DNA of 42,342 nt from a bacterium UBP1_UBA4783. GTDB lineage: Bacteria; Krumholzibacteriota; Krumholzibacteriia; Krumholzibacteriales; Krumholzibacteriaceae. The notes under the pieces are model-generated. The model worked only from the letters and a program-made list of their open reading frames with translations. It was not told where the DNA came from and made no database searches. The stretch covers positions 198 through 42,539 of the forward strand of contig DHHB01000033.1 in assembly GCA_002403075.1 (NCBI GenBank), given 5' to 3'. Below, in pieces: positions 1 through 9,786 of the stretch; within the stretch, counting starts at the first letter, position 1, and each line of letters opens with the position of its first letter. The position numbers and the translations under genes are program-made.

Positions 1-79
1 ATGCGCCGCCGCGCGGCCGCCCGGGCGTAGCAGCGAGCCTATAACCGTTTGAGAAGAGTCGCTCGCAGAGAGTAACTCG

Positions 80-637
80 TTGGGCCAGGAAAAGAAGCCA
101 GAAGTCGAAGAAAAGAAGAAGCCGGGAGGACGGTCCTTCCGGAAAGAGTTTGCGCTCTTCCTTGTTCTCTTCTTCCTCATCTGGCTTCTTTCCTATTTTC
201 TCACGAGGCGGCTCCCCGGCGCGGTCGACGGATTCAACGTCGTGGTGGCCCGGGAGGTCGCCTGGTTCCTCGATCTCCTCGGCTACCGCTACACGATGGA
301 CGGCTCCATCCTCACCTTCTACACGGCGCACGGCGGCCAGCGGATGGAGGTCATCCCCGAGTGCACGGGGCTCTATACGACCTTCATCTACGTCGCGATC
401 ATCGGCGCGTTTCCCGCGCGGATCGGCGAAAAGCTCGCCGGGCTCGTGATCGGCGTGCCGGCGATCCACGCGCTCAACCTCGCGCGGATGGTTTTCATAT
501 CCCTCGTGCTCATCCACCGGCCCGACCTCTTCACCTTCTTCCACGGATACCTCTGGCAGGTGGGCTTCGTGATCTTCATGCTGCTTCTCGTGATCGTGTG
601 GATGTGGAAAATCGTGAAGCCGCGGACGGCGGGGTGA
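80..637 (+). CDS. Exosortase/archaeosortase family membrane transpeptidase (XrtH-like)
   Basis: Hydrophobic multi-TM protein with the family triad motifs VIPECTG (Cys), ALNLARM (Arg) and FFHGYLWQ (His); TTG start. Confidence 0.85.
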   Translation: MGQEKKPEVEEKKKPGGRSFRKEFALFLVLFFLIWLLSYFLTRRLPGAVDGFNVVVAREVAWFLDLLGYRYTMDGSILTFYTAHGGQRMEVIPECTGLYTTFIYVAIIGAFPARIGEKLAGLVIGVPAIHALNLARMVFISLVLIHRPDLFTFFHGYLWQVGFVIFMLLLVIVWMWKIVKPRTAG

Positions 638-643
638 CGCTCG

Positions 644-1150
644 ATGGCCGACGACAAACGGGATACGCCGGCGGGCGCGCGGGAGGTTCTCGCGTTCTTT
701 CTGCGGTTCCTCGCGATCTCCGTCGCGCTCTACCTCGTTTTCTACCTGCTCGCGGGAAGGTACTGGGTCCGGCTCGTCGTCCTCGTCGCGGGTCCGATGC
801 TTTCCGCGTTCGGGCACGACATCGTGCTGGAGACGGCGATGAAGATCGCCGAGGAGATCTCCCTCAATCCGCTCGTCTTCCTGTCTCTCATCGCCGCGGT
901 GGGGCGCGTTCCATGGGCCGTGAAGCTCCGCGGGGCCGCGATCGGAACCGCGATCCTCGTCGTCGCGAACGCGCTGACCGTGACGTTCGCCTTCGTCGCG
1001 AGCTATCGGGGAAGCGAGGGATGGTGGACGGGAACGGAGCTTCTCAACCTCACGAACAACTTCTTCGTGCCGATCCTCCTCTGGCTCGTGCTGCTCCCCG
1101 TGAGATCGGCGTTCCCTTTCCTGCGCCGCTTCGGCGGTAACGACGCATGA
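644..1150 (+). CDS. Exosortase-associated membrane protein (exosortase-like, no catalytic triad)
   Basis: About 4 hydrophobic segments, 6 bp after the exosortase stop; NPLVFLSLIAAV...KLRGAAIG...ANAL parallels the exosortase core; contains no Cys. Confidence 0.7.
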   Translation: MADDKRDTPAGAREVLAFFLRFLAISVALYLVFYLLAGRYWVRLVVLVAGPMLSAFGHDIVLETAMKIAEEISLNPLVFLSLIAAVGRVPWAVKLRGAAIGTAILVVANALTVTFAFVASYRGSEGWWTGTELLNLTNNFFVPILLWLVLLPVRSAFPFLRRFGGNDA

Positions 1151-1697
1151 CGGGACGCGCCGGCGAGCGGCGCGCCGCCTCGACGAACCCCTCCCCCTCG
1201 AACGACGACGCGATCCCCGTCCACGCGAAGGCGTCGGGCATCGAGCCCCGGCGCGGATCCACGGGATAGGCCTCGACGGCGGGCGCCCCTTCGTCGAACG
1301 CCCGTCGGACGGCGGCGGCGATGAGCGCCCGCGTGATCCCGCGGCGCCGCCACGGCCGCGCGATGAAGAAGCATACGATCGACCAGACGGGGAGATCGTC
1401 GACGCGGCGCAGCACGCGCGAGCGCTCGAGCACGGGGAAGCGCTCCCGCGGCCCGACGCAGCACCAGCCGACGGGGGTTTTCCCGCTGTAGGCTATGAGA
1501 CCGGGGATCTCGCCGGAGGCGACGATGCGGCGGAAGGCGCGCCGGTTGCCGGGGCCCTTCCTCTCGTCGAACTCGCGGCGGGGGATCCGCCACCACATGC
1601 ACCAGCAGCCGCCGCAGGCGCCCCGGGGGCCGAAGAGCAGGACGACGTCGTTCCAGCGGTCCGGCGTGAGCGGACGTATCTCGACGCGATCTTCCAT
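1050..1697 (-). CDS. GNAT family N-acetyltransferase
   Basis: ACGGCWC N-terminal motif, PVGWCCVGPR, acetyl-CoA loop WSIVCFFIARPWRRRGI, VEAYP; starts 1 bp after the cysS stop. Confidence 0.85.
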   Translation of the reverse strand: MEDRVEIRPLTPDRWNDVVLLFGPRGACGGCWCMWWRIPRREFDERKGPGNRRAFRRIVASGEIPGLIAYSGKTPVGWCCVGPRERFPVLERSRVLRRVDDLPVWSIVCFFIARPWRRRGITRALIAAAVRRAFDEGAPAVEAYPVDPRRGSMPDAFAWTGIASSFEGEGFVEAARRSPARPVMRRYRRSGAGKGTPISRGAARARGGSARRSCS

Positions 1698-1698
1698 G

Positions 1699-3138
1699 TC
1701 AGCGAGCCGGCTTTACGAGGGGCCCCGCCGGCCTGTCTTCTATGACGAATCCGAGCGCGGCCACGCGGCCTCGCAGCTCGTCGGCGCGCTTCCAGTCCTT
1801 GGCCTTGCGCGCCGCCTCGCGCTCGGCGACGAGAGCGGAGACCTCGGGCGGGATCTCGCGGCCCGCCTTGGGAAGCCCGCCCTTGAAGAGGCCGAGGATG
1901 CGGTCGAAGGTTTCGAAGGCGCCGCGCGCTTTTTCGAAGGCCTCGAACGACGGAACTTCCGCGCCGTTCCCCTCCGCGCGGATCCGGTTCAGCTCGCGCA
2001 CGAGGCGGAAGACGTGGCCGACGGCCTCGCCGCTGTTGAAATCGTCGTCCATCGCATCGAGAAACGCCGCGACCGCCTCGTCCGTGAACGCGATGAGGCG
2101 CGACGACTCGGGGGAGACCGCCGCGTTCTGCGCGCCCCGCGGGCTCTCGAGCCGCTCGTCGATCCAGACGCAGACGTTCCGTATCCGCTCGAGCCCCGCC
2201 TCCGCCTCCCGGAGCCGCTCGCGGCTGAACTCGGTGCTGCTGCGGAAATGCGTGGAGAGGAGGTAGAACCGCACGACCTCGCCGGAGAACTCCTTGACGA
2301 TGTCCTCGATCGCGAAGAAATGCCCGGTCGATTTCGACATCTTCTCGCCGCGGAGGTTGAGGAGACCGTTGTGCATCCAATAGCGGATGAACTGCTTTCC
2401 GGTCGCGGCCTCGCTCTGGGCGATTTCGTTCTCGTGGTGGGGGAAGACGAGGTCCTGTCCGCCGCCGTGCATGTCGATCGTCGTCCCGAGGTACTTCATC
2501 GACATGGCGGAGCATTCGATGTGCCAGCCGGGCCGTCCCATCCCCCACGGGCTCTCCCACGCGGGCTCCCCCTCCTTCGCCGCCTTCCAGAGGGTGAAGT
2601 CGAGCGGGTCTTCCTTCGCTTCGCCGACGTCGATGCGGGCGCCGCTCACGAGCTCGTCGACGTTGCGCTTCGAGAGACGCCCGTAGCGGGAGAAGTTGCG
2701 CACGCGATAATACACGTCGCCGCCGACCGCGTAGGCGAACCCCTTCTCTTCGAGCGTCCGGATGAGCGCCACGATATCGCCGATGTGCTCGGTCGCGAGC
2801 GGGTACACGTCCGCGCGCATGATGTTGAGCTCCTCGGCGTACGTGAAATACTCTTTCATGTTCCGCTCGGCGATCGTCCGGTAGTCGACCCCCTCCTCGT
2901 TCGCCTTGGCGATGATCTTGTCGTCGATGTCGGTGAAGTTCTGCACGTAGGTGACCTTGAACCCCTTGAACAGGAGATACCGGCGTATCATGTCGCCGGC
3001 GACGAACGCGAGCATGTGGCCGATGTGCGGCTTGTCCTGCACGGTCATGCCGCAGAAGTAGATGCCGGCGGTCCCCGACGTGACGGGCGCGAACTCCTCC
3101 TTGCGGCCGCGGAGCGTGTCGTACACCTTGAGAGCCAT
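1699..3138 (-). CDS. cysS: Cysteinyl-tRNA synthetase
   Basis: FCGMTVQDKPHIGH, GRPGWHIECSAM, HGGGQDLVFPHHENE, KMSKS. Confidence 0.97.
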   Translation of the reverse strand: MALKVYDTLRGRKEEFAPVTSGTAGIYFCGMTVQDKPHIGHMLAFVAGDMIRRYLLFKGFKVTYVQNFTDIDDKIIAKANEEGVDYRTIAERNMKEYFTYAEELNIMRADVYPLATEHIGDIVALIRTLEEKGFAYAVGGDVYYRVRNFSRYGRLSKRNVDELVSGARIDVGEAKEDPLDFTLWKAAKEGEPAWESPWGMGRPGWHIECSAMSMKYLGTTIDMHGGGQDLVFPHHENEIAQSEAATGKQFIRYWMHNGLLNLRGEKMSKSTGHFFAIEDIVKEFSGEVVRFYLLSTHFRSSTEFSRERLREAEAGLERIRNVCVWIDERLESPRGAQNAAVSPESSRLIAFTDEAVAAFLDAMDDDFNSGEAVGHVFRLVRELNRIRAEGNGAEVPSFEAFEKARGAFETFDRILGLFKGGLPKAGREIPPEVSALVAEREAARKAKDWKRADELRGRVAALGFVIEDRPAGPLVKPAR

Positions 3139-3203
3139 TCGCGGTTCCTTTCGGTCGCGTGCGCCCCGCCGGCCCGATCGCGGGCCGCGGGAGCGCCGTC
3201 ATG

Positions 3204-4262
3204 CTAGGCGAACGCGGCGACGGTCTTCGCGTCGAGGGTCTTCACGACCTCGACGACGAGCTTCACCGCCGCGTCGAAATCGCGGCGGCAGACGATCCCC
3301 GCCGCGCTGTGGATGTGCCTCGCGGGCACGCCCACGACGATCGTCGGCACGCCACGGGCGTTGAGATGGACGCGCCCGCCGTCCGTCCCCCCGAAGGGGA
3401 CGGCGCTCAGCTGGTACGGAATCTTGTTCCGGCGCGCGACCGCGATGACGTGATCGCGGAGCTTCGTGTTCGGAATGAGGGTGGCGTCATAGACGCAGAT
3501 GGAGACGCCCTCCCCGAGCCTGCCCGGGCTCTCGGCCGCCGAACCCGGCGTGTCCTGCGCGACGTCGACCTCGAGAACGAGGCACACGTCGGGGTTGGTC
3601 TGACGGCCGCTCGTCGCGGCGCCCCTGATGCCGACCTCCTCCTGCACCGTGCCGACGCCGAAGACGGCGTTCCGCCGCTTCGCCGCGGCGAGCGCGCGCA
3701 TCGCCTCGACGAGCATCGCGCACCCGGCGCGGTCGTCCCACGCCTTGGCCATGTAGGCTCCGCCCGGAAGGACGGTGAACGGGAACAGGGGCGCCACGGG
3801 GTCGCCGGGACGGATCCCCAGCGCGTCGGGCTTTTTCTTGCCGAAGAGACCGACGTCGATAAAGAGATCCTTCGCCTTGAACGGGCCCTTGCGCTCCTCC
3901 TCCTCCATCTCGAAGGGGTTCTTCGACGCGACGACGCCCGGCACGTCGCCGCGGGAGGTCCGGATGCTCACCGGGAGCCCGATCATCCGCGGCCCCCACC
4001 ATCCCCCGAGAGGATTGAAACGGACGAAGCCGCCGGTGAAATGGGAAACCATGAAACCGACTTCGTCCATGTGCGCGGCGAGCATGACGCGCGGCCCGTC
4101 GGATCCTCCCGCGAGGCGCGAGATCACCGATCCGAGGCGGTCCTTCTCGATGGCGGCGATCGGCGAGAGATGCCGGGCGAGCAGCGCCGCCACGTCCCCC
4201 TCGAATCCGCTCACTCCCTGCGTCTCGGTGAACTCTTTCATCATCATCTCGATACGATCCAT
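3204..4262 (-). CDS. M42 family metallo-aminopeptidase
   Basis: AAHMDEVG, KAWDDRAG, QEEVGIRGA, GGTDGG, RHIHS; start moved to MDRIEMM (ATG 4262) after an AAGGAG RBS. Confidence 0.92.
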   Translation of the reverse strand: MDRIEMMMKEFTETQGVSGFEGDVAALLARHLSPIAAIEKDRLGSVISRLAGGSDGPRVMLAAHMDEVGFMVSHFTGGFVRFNPLGGWWGPRMIGLPVSIRTSRGDVPGVVASKNPFEMEEEERKGPFKAKDLFIDVGLFGKKKPDALGIRPGDPVAPLFPFTVLPGGAYMAKAWDDRAGCAMLVEAMRALAAAKRRNAVFGVGTVQEEVGIRGAATSGRQTNPDVCLVLEVDVAQDTPGSAAESPGRLGEGVSICVYDATLIPNTKLRDHVIAVARRNKIPYQLSAVPFGGTDGGRVHLNARGVPTIVVGVPARHIHSAAGIVCRRDFDAAVKLVVEVVKTLDAKTVAAFA

Positions 4263-4273
4263 CGCGTGCTCCT

Positions 4274-5287
4274 TTACCGCTTCCTGGCGAGCGCCATCCG
4301 GCAGATCCGCTCGACGAGCTCCTCGAATCCGATCCCCGCCGCGCGGGCCGCCATGGGAACGAGCGAAAGCTCCGTCATGCCGGGCAGCGTGTTGACCTCG
4401 AGACAGAACGGCTCTCCCCCGGGGGACAGCCGGAAATCGACCCGCGCGTAATCGCGGCAGGCGAGCGCTTCGAACGCCCGCGCCGCGTGCCGCCTGACGA
4501 GCGCCGCCGTCCGCTCGTCGACGTCGGCCGGGGCGAAATAGCGGCTCGATCCCTTCTGGTATTTTCTCCGGTAATCGTAGAAACCGCCCTCGGGCACGAT
4601 CTCGACGAGCGGCAGCGCCTCGCCTCCGAGGATCGCCGCCGTGAGCTCGCGCCCCGGCACGTACCGCTCCACGACGCATTCGCCGCCGTAGCACGAGGCG
4701 CCGCGGAGCGCCTCGCCGAGACCCGCCTCGTCCGTCACGTACGAGAAGCCGACGCTCGAGCCCTGACAGTTCGGCTTGACGACGACGGGAAGGCCGAGAT
4801 CCCGGACGATCGCGGCGGCGGCGCGGTCGATCGCGTCCGCGGAAGCGGCGTCGACGAGCAGATGCGGCGCCGTCGGCACGCCCGCCTCGCGGAACAGCGC
4901 TTTCGAGCGGTCCTTGTTCATCGCGAGCGCGCTGCCGAGCACGCCCGATCCCGTGTACGCGAGCCCCGCCGCCTCGAGGAGCGCCTGCACGACGCCGTCC
5001 TCGCCCCACACGCCGTGCAGCGCGTTCATGACGACGTCCGCTTCCCGGACGGGGGCTGCGTGGAGCCACGCGAATACCTCCTCGGGCCTGAGAGGGGCGG
5101 GGCGCTCCGGCGGCCTCTCCCCGATGCGCGTCTCCCCCGGCTCGGCCGGCGTTCCGGGCGGCATCGCCGGATCGACCGCGGCGGCGGCGTGGCCGCGCGC
5201 GCGAAGCGCCTTGATGACCGCGGCGCCGCTCGCGAGCGACACGTCCCGCTCGGGGGAATCGCCCCCGAGGAGCACTGCGACCTTCAT
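4274..5287 (-). CDS. ddl: D-alanine--D-alanine ligase
   Basis: LLGGDSPERDVSLASG, LHGVWGEDG, VVKPNCQGSSVG, FYDYRRKY, LEVNTLPGMT. Confidence 0.95.
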   Translation of the reverse strand: MKVAVLLGGDSPERDVSLASGAAVIKALRARGHAAAAVDPAMPPGTPAEPGETRIGERPPERPAPLRPEEVFAWLHAAPVREADVVMNALHGVWGEDGVVQALLEAAGLAYTGSGVLGSALAMNKDRSKALFREAGVPTAPHLLVDAASADAIDRAAAAIVRDLGLPVVVKPNCQGSSVGFSYVTDEAGLGEALRGASCYGGECVVERYVPGRELTAAILGGEALPLVEIVPEGGFYDYRRKYQKGSSRYFAPADVDERTAALVRRHAARAFEALACRDYARVDFRLSPGGEPFCLEVNTLPGMTELSLVPMAARAAGIGFEELVERICRMALARKR

Positions 5288-5312
5288 GGACGTCCTTTCG
5301 ATATCGTTTCCG

Positions 5313-6752
5313 TCACGACGAGACGCTCCGCGCGGCGGCCCGCAGACACGAGAGCACGTCGTCGCGCCCCCGTATCTCCATCACGCGGGCGAGATCGGGC
5401 CCGTGCAGCGACCCGGTCACCGCCGCCCGGAGCGGCATGTACAGTGTCTTTCCCTTTCGTCCGGCGCGCGCGCCGAACGCCTTCACGGCCGCGGCGATCG
5501 CGGGCGCGCTCCAATCGAGCGCGCCGCCGAGCGATTCGGCGGCGGGGGCGAAGATCTCCCCCGCTCCGCGCACCGCCTCGAGCGCCTCGCCGGCGATCTC
5601 CGGGACGCCCGGCCGGAACGGCTTCGTCTCCTCCGCGAGGCGCGAGAAGCACGGCAGGTTCTCGGCGGCTATATCGAATATCTCCCTCAGCCGCTCGCGC
5701 GGATACGCGTCGCGGATCTCCGCCGGAACATACGCCAGCGCCTCCTCGAAATACCGCGCCGCGCCGCCGCGGCGGATGTGGCTCGCGGCGACCCAGTCGA
5801 GCTTGACCTCGTCGAAAACGCCGGGGCTCGGAGAGACCCGCTCGAGCGTGAACTCGCGGATGAGATCCTCGATTTCGAGTATCTCGCCGCCCTCGGGCGG
5901 CGACCACCCGAGAAAGGCGAGGTAGTTGACGATCGCTTCGGCGGGGTAGCCGCGCTCGCGGAAATCGCTCACGTTCGGCGCTCCGTGCCGCTTGCTCAGC
6001 TTCGAGCGGTCCGCCCCGAGGATGAGCGGCAGATGCGCGAACAGCGGCTTCGGAAGGCCCATCGCCTCGTAGAGGAGCAGCTGGCGCAGGGTGTTCGACA
6101 GATGCTCCTCGCCGCGGATCACGTGCGTGATCCCCATGAGCGCGTCGTCGACGACCGCGGCGAAGTTGTACACGGGAAGTCCGTTCGATCGGAGCACGAC
6201 GAAATCCCCCACCATGCCGGCGGGAAACGAGACCTCGCCGCGGATGATGTCGGAGAGCCGCCGCTCGCGGGAATCGCCGACGTGAAACCGGATGCTCTCC
6301 GGGCGGCCCTCGGCGCGCGCCCGCTCGCGCTCCGCCTCGCCGAGGGAGCGGCAAGCGCCGTCGTACCGCGGCGCGAGCCCCGCCGCGAGCCGTTCCTGCC
6401 GTTTTCGGGCGAGCTCCCCGTCGGCGCAAAAGCACGGATAGGCCTTTCCCGCGGCGAGCAGACGCTCCGCCGCGGCGCGGTAGAGGGCCGCGCGCTCGGA
6501 TTGCCGGTAGGGTCCCGCGGGGCCGCCGCGGCCCGGACCCTCGTCCCACGTGAGCCCGAGCCACGCCAGATCCTCGACGAGTTCGTTCTCGAGGCCGCGC
6601 TCCGAGCGCTCGAGATCCGTGTCCTCGATGCGGAGTATGAAGGAGCCCCCCTCGCGGCGGGCGAAGAGCCAGTTGAAAAGAGCGGTGCGGGCGCCTCCCA
6701 GATGGAGGTGTCCGGTCGGGCTCGGGGCGAATCTCACGCGGACATCCGCCAC
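5313..6752 (-). CDS. gltX: Glutamyl-tRNA synthetase
   Basis: RFAPSPTGHLHLGG, LRIEDTD, IRGEEH, KLSKRH; GTG start directly after the ispF TGA. Confidence 0.96.
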   Translation of the reverse strand: MADVRVRFAPSPTGHLHLGGARTALFNWLFARREGGSFILRIEDTDLERSERGLENELVEDLAWLGLTWDEGPGRGGPAGPYRQSERAALYRAAAERLLAAGKAYPCFCADGELARKRQERLAAGLAPRYDGACRSLGEAERERARAEGRPESIRFHVGDSRERRLSDIIRGEVSFPAGMVGDFVVLRSNGLPVYNFAAVVDDALMGITHVIRGEEHLSNTLRQLLLYEAMGLPKPLFAHLPLILGADRSKLSKRHGAPNVSDFRERGYPAEAIVNYLAFLGWSPPEGGEILEIEDLIREFTLERVSPSPGVFDEVKLDWVAASHIRRGGAARYFEEALAYVPAEIRDAYPRERLREIFDIAAENLPCFSRLAEETKPFRPGVPEIAGEALEAVRGAGEIFAPAAESLGGALDWSAPAIAAAVKAFGARAGRKGKTLYMPLRAAVTGSLHGPDLARVMEIRGRDDVLSCLRAAARSVSS

Positions 6753-7271
6753 TCAGCGTCCCTCCTCGGGCCCGGGCGGAGCTCCCGGAGCCTCGGCCCG
6801 CTCGACGAGAACGACCGCCTCGGCGGCGATCGCGAGCTTCTCTCCCACGGGGCCGAGCCCCTCCCCCCGCGTCGCCTTGATCGAAACGAGGCCGGGGTCG
6901 ACCCCCATGGCGCCCGCCATCGCGCGGGCCATCGCCGCGCGGTGCGGCGCGATCTTCGGCTCCTCGGCGTGAACGACGCAGTCGGCGTTCACGAGCCGGA
7001 ATCCGGCCGCTCCCACCATCGCGGCGACGCGCTCGAGGATGCCGAGGCTCGGCGCGTCCTTCCATTCGGGCGTCTCCGGAAAATGCGCGCCGAGGTCCCC
7101 GAGGTTCGCCGCGCCGAGGAGCGCGTCGCAGAGGGCGTGAACGAGCGCGTCCGCGTCCGAGTGCCCCGCGAGTCCGCGCGGGTGGTCGATGCGCAGACCG
7201 CCGAGAACGAGCGCCCGCCCCTCGACGAGGGGATGGACGTCATAGCCGATGCCGATGCGAAATGAGCCCAT
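6753..7271 (-). CDS. ispF: 2-C-methyl-D-erythritol 2,4-cyclodiphosphate synthase
   Basis: RIGIGYDVH, GHSDAD, HALCDALLGA, DLGAHFP, SIKAT. Confidence 0.96.
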   Translation of the reverse strand: MGSFRIGIGYDVHPLVEGRALVLGGLRIDHPRGLAGHSDADALVHALCDALLGAANLGDLGAHFPETPEWKDAPSLGILERVAAMVGAAGFRLVNADCVVHAEEPKIAPHRAAMARAMAGAMGVDPGLVSIKATRGEGLGPVGEKLAIAAEAVVLVERAEAPGAPPGPEEGR

Positions 7272-7307
7272 GCCGTTTCCGGATCCCGAATCGGGCGGGA
7301 GGCGGCG

Positions 7308-8030
7308 TCATTCTTCGCCGCGGGGAGGAAGCTCGAGCCGCCGCCCCGAGAGAAAGCTCCCCATGATCTCGAGATCTTCCTTGACCGTGACCTTGATGTT
7401 CCAGACCTCTCCCTCGACGACCTTCACCGGATATCCCGCCTGGAGCACGAGGGAGCTCTCGTCGGTCGCCGTGCGCACCGCTTCGCCGGCGAGGCGCAGC
7501 GCCTTCGAGATCACGTCGAAGCGGAAGGCCTGCGGTGTCTGGATGCCGACGACGCGCTCGCGCGGGACGATCCCCTCGAGGACGTCGTCCCGCAGGCGCG
7601 CGAGCGTCTCGACGACTTGAAGGGCGGGAACCGCCGCCCCGTGCTCGCGAGCGGCCGCGGCGACCCGCTCGATGAGCTGCGCGGAAACCATCGGACGGCA
7701 GGCGTCGTGAACGAGAACGATATCCGCCCCCTCGACGGAGGCGAGACCGATCGCGACCGATTCCTGCCGGGTCTCGCCTCCGGCGAGAACGCGGACGGGC
7801 GCGCCGGGAACGGCCTCGGCGATCTCGCGGGCCGCCTCGTCCTCCCAGCCGGCCGGAACCATGACGACGTACTCGGCGATCGAGCCCCACGCGTCGAGCG
7901 CGCGGAGCGACCACGCGAGCAACGGCCGCCCCTCGACGGGGTAAAAGCTCTTCGGCATCTCGCGCCCGAAGCGAACGCCTCTCCCCGCCGCGGCGACGAC
8001 GCACACGATCCTCTCGTTCGATCCGGACAT
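7308..8030 (-). CDS. ispD: 2-C-methyl-D-erythritol 4-phosphate cytidylyltransferase
   Basis: AAAGRGVRFG, GGETRQESV, VLVHDACRP, QTPQAF, TDE, NIKVT. Confidence 0.95.
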   Translation of the reverse strand: MSGSNERIVCVVAAAGRGVRFGREMPKSFYPVEGRPLLAWSLRALDAWGSIAEYVVMVPAGWEDEAAREIAEAVPGAPVRVLAGGETRQESVAIGLASVEGADIVLVHDACRPMVSAQLIERVAAAAREHGAAVPALQVVETLARLRDDVLEGIVPRERVVGIQTPQAFRFDVISKALRLAGEAVRTATDESSLVLQAGYPVKVVEGEVWNIKVTVKEDLEIMGSFLSGRRLELPPRGEE

Positions 8031-8045
8031 CGCCGCCTCCCGTGT

Positions 8046-8942
8046 TCAGAATATCTCGACCTTCAGGTACTTCTTCGGATTCGCCCGGACGTCCGCGACG
8101 AGATCCCCGAGCTCCTTCACCGTCTTCTCGAGCCGGTCCATGAAAGTGCGGTCGTTCACGAGCGCGCCGAGCGTGTTGTCGTCCCGCTGGAGTTTCGCCG
8201 CGACGACGGCGAGCGTGTCGGTGAGGCTCCGCATGCGGCGCGCGAGCTCCGGCAGATCCCTGCTCATGGAACCGAACGACGCGATCATCGTGTCCACGGC
8301 TCCGCTGTTGCGGTCGAGCATCCCCTCGACCGTCTCCGCGGAGCGGCGCATCGAGCGGACGCCGGCGCGGAACTCCGGCCCGTCCCGCTCGAGCAGGGTG
8401 CGAAGCTCCTTCGTGATCACGGCGAGGTTGTCCACGGATCCGGCGAGCCGGTCCCCCTGCGTGAGCGTGGCGGCGATGCGCCGCATGTCGCGCGTGAGGG
8501 TCGTGAGCTCGTCCATGATGTTCCCGAGAAAGGCGAGCGCCTCGGAGATGCCGGGGTCGTAGACGCCCGTCATGATCGATCCCGGCTCGAGGAACCGCTG
8601 CGAGGAGCCGAGCAGGATCGTCACGACGCGCTCCCCCATGATGCCGACCGTCTGCAGCACGATGCGCGAATCCTCCGGGATGTTCGTTCCCACGTCGATC
8701 GCCATCGTCACGAGCACGTCGTTGTCGCGCAACTCGACGTGTTTCACTTCTCCCCGTTCGACGCCGTTCACGTTGACCTTGTCGCCGCCCGAGATGCTCC
8801 CCACCATCGGAAAGACGGCGTGGAGCTCGTACTCGCTTCTGCCGACCTTGAACCCCTGGAACCACATGAGCCCGACGGTCAGTATGACCGCCGCGATGAA
8901 GATGGTGAGTCCCACGCGGAGCTCGAGCGATCTGTATTCCAT
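8046..8942 (-). CDS. mlaD: MCE/MlaD family lipid transport subunit
   Basis: Single N-terminal TM (ELRVGLTIF), MCE domain (VNVNGVERGEV), helical tail ending NPKKYL; follows mlaE/mlaF. Confidence 0.88.
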   Translation of the reverse strand: MEYRSLELRVGLTIFIAAVILTVGLMWFQGFKVGRSEYELHAVFPMVGSISGGDKVNVNGVERGEVKHVELRDNDVLVTMAIDVGTNIPEDSRIVLQTVGIMGERVVTILLGSSQRFLEPGSIMTGVYDPGISEALAFLGNIMDELTTLTRDMRRIAATLTQGDRLAGSVDNLAVITKELRTLLERDGPEFRAGVRSMRRSAETVEGMLDRNSGAVDTMIASFGSMSRDLPELARRMRSLTDTLAVVAAKLQRDDNTLGALVNDRTFMDRLEKTVKELGDLVADVRANPKKYLKVEIF

Positions 8943-9005
8943 TCCGTTCTCCCGCCGTTCGCCGTCCCGCCGGCGAGGGGCCGGCCCGGGACGGGCGTCC
9001 CGCGC

Positions 9006-9776
9006 TCAGACCGGTGTTATCGGGCCCTGGGCCGAGCCCTCGACGAACTGCCGCAGCACCGGATTCGCCGTCTCCCGAACCTCTTCGGGCGTGCCCGAAT
9101 GAACGATCTTCCCCTCGTACAGCATCGCGATGCGATCGGCGACCCGGTACGCGCTCTTCATGTCGTGCGTCACGACGACCGACGTGATCTTGAGCTCGCG
9201 CTGAAGGTCCCGGATGAGCCCGTTGATAACGTCCGCCATGATCGGATCGAGCCCGGTGGTCGGCTCGTCGTACAGCACGATCGCGGGGTCCATGACGACG
9301 GCGCGCGCGAGCCCGACGCGCTTCTTCATGCCGCCGCTCATCTCCGCCGGGTAGCGGTTATACACGTCCGTCAGCCCCACGAGCTCGAGCCTTCCGCAGA
9401 CCCTCCGGCAGATCTCGTCCTCGCCGAGCGTCGTGTGCCGGCGCAGCGGCAGCGCGACGTTTTCGCCGACCGTGAGCGAATCGAAGAGCGCGCCACCCTG
9501 GAAAAGCATACCAAAGTGCATGCGCATTTGAAAAAGCTTTTTGCGGCTGAACCGCGTGATGTCCTCTTCCTCGAAGAATATCTCGCCGGCGTCGGGGGCG
9601 ATGAGACCGGTGATGTGCTTGAGCAGGACGCTCTTGCCGCAGCCGCTGCGGCCGATGACGACGAGCGTTTCTCCCCGCGCGATGTCGAGATCGACCCCCG
9701 TGAGCACGGGCTTGCGCTCGAACGCCTTGGCCACGCCACTGAGCCGAACGATGTGTTTCCCGGTTCCACGCTCCAT
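9006..9776 (-). CDS. mlaF: MlaF-like ABC transporter ATPase
   Basis: GRSGCGKS, FQGGALFDS, MSGGMKKRVGLARA, YDEPTTGLDP, VTHD. Confidence 0.93.
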   Translation of the reverse strand: MERGTGKHIVRLSGVAKAFERKPVLTGVDLDIARGETLVVIGRSGCGKSVLLKHITGLIAPDAGEIFFEEEDITRFSRKKLFQMRMHFGMLFQGGALFDSLTVGENVALPLRRHTTLGEDEICRRVCGRLELVGLTDVYNRYPAEMSGGMKKRVGLARAVVMDPAIVLYDEPTTGLDPIMADVINGLIRDLQRELKITSVVVTHDMKSAYRVADRIAMLYEGKIVHSGTPEEVRETANPVLRQFVEGSAQGPITPV

Positions 9777-9786
9777 GCGGCGCTCC

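Noticed and set aside
635-646. In-frame TGA between the exosortase and its partner as possible Sec read-through
   Set aside because: Non-catalytic linker position, SD-like GGGGTGA before ATG 644, and no convincing SECIS hairpin
3139-3203. T-box upstream of cysS
   Set aside because: The gap is only 65 bp and there is no T-box motif
6750-6755. In-frame ispF TGA-GTG gltX junction as a recoded fusion
   Set aside because: Both proteins are complete and GAGGAGG precedes the GTG; ordinary translational coupling (same at dnaB/mlaE)
8960-8998. GC-rich intergenic hairpins (also near 21345 and 38855) as a REP family or terminators
   Set aside because: No shared sequence and no U-tracts; expected at this GC
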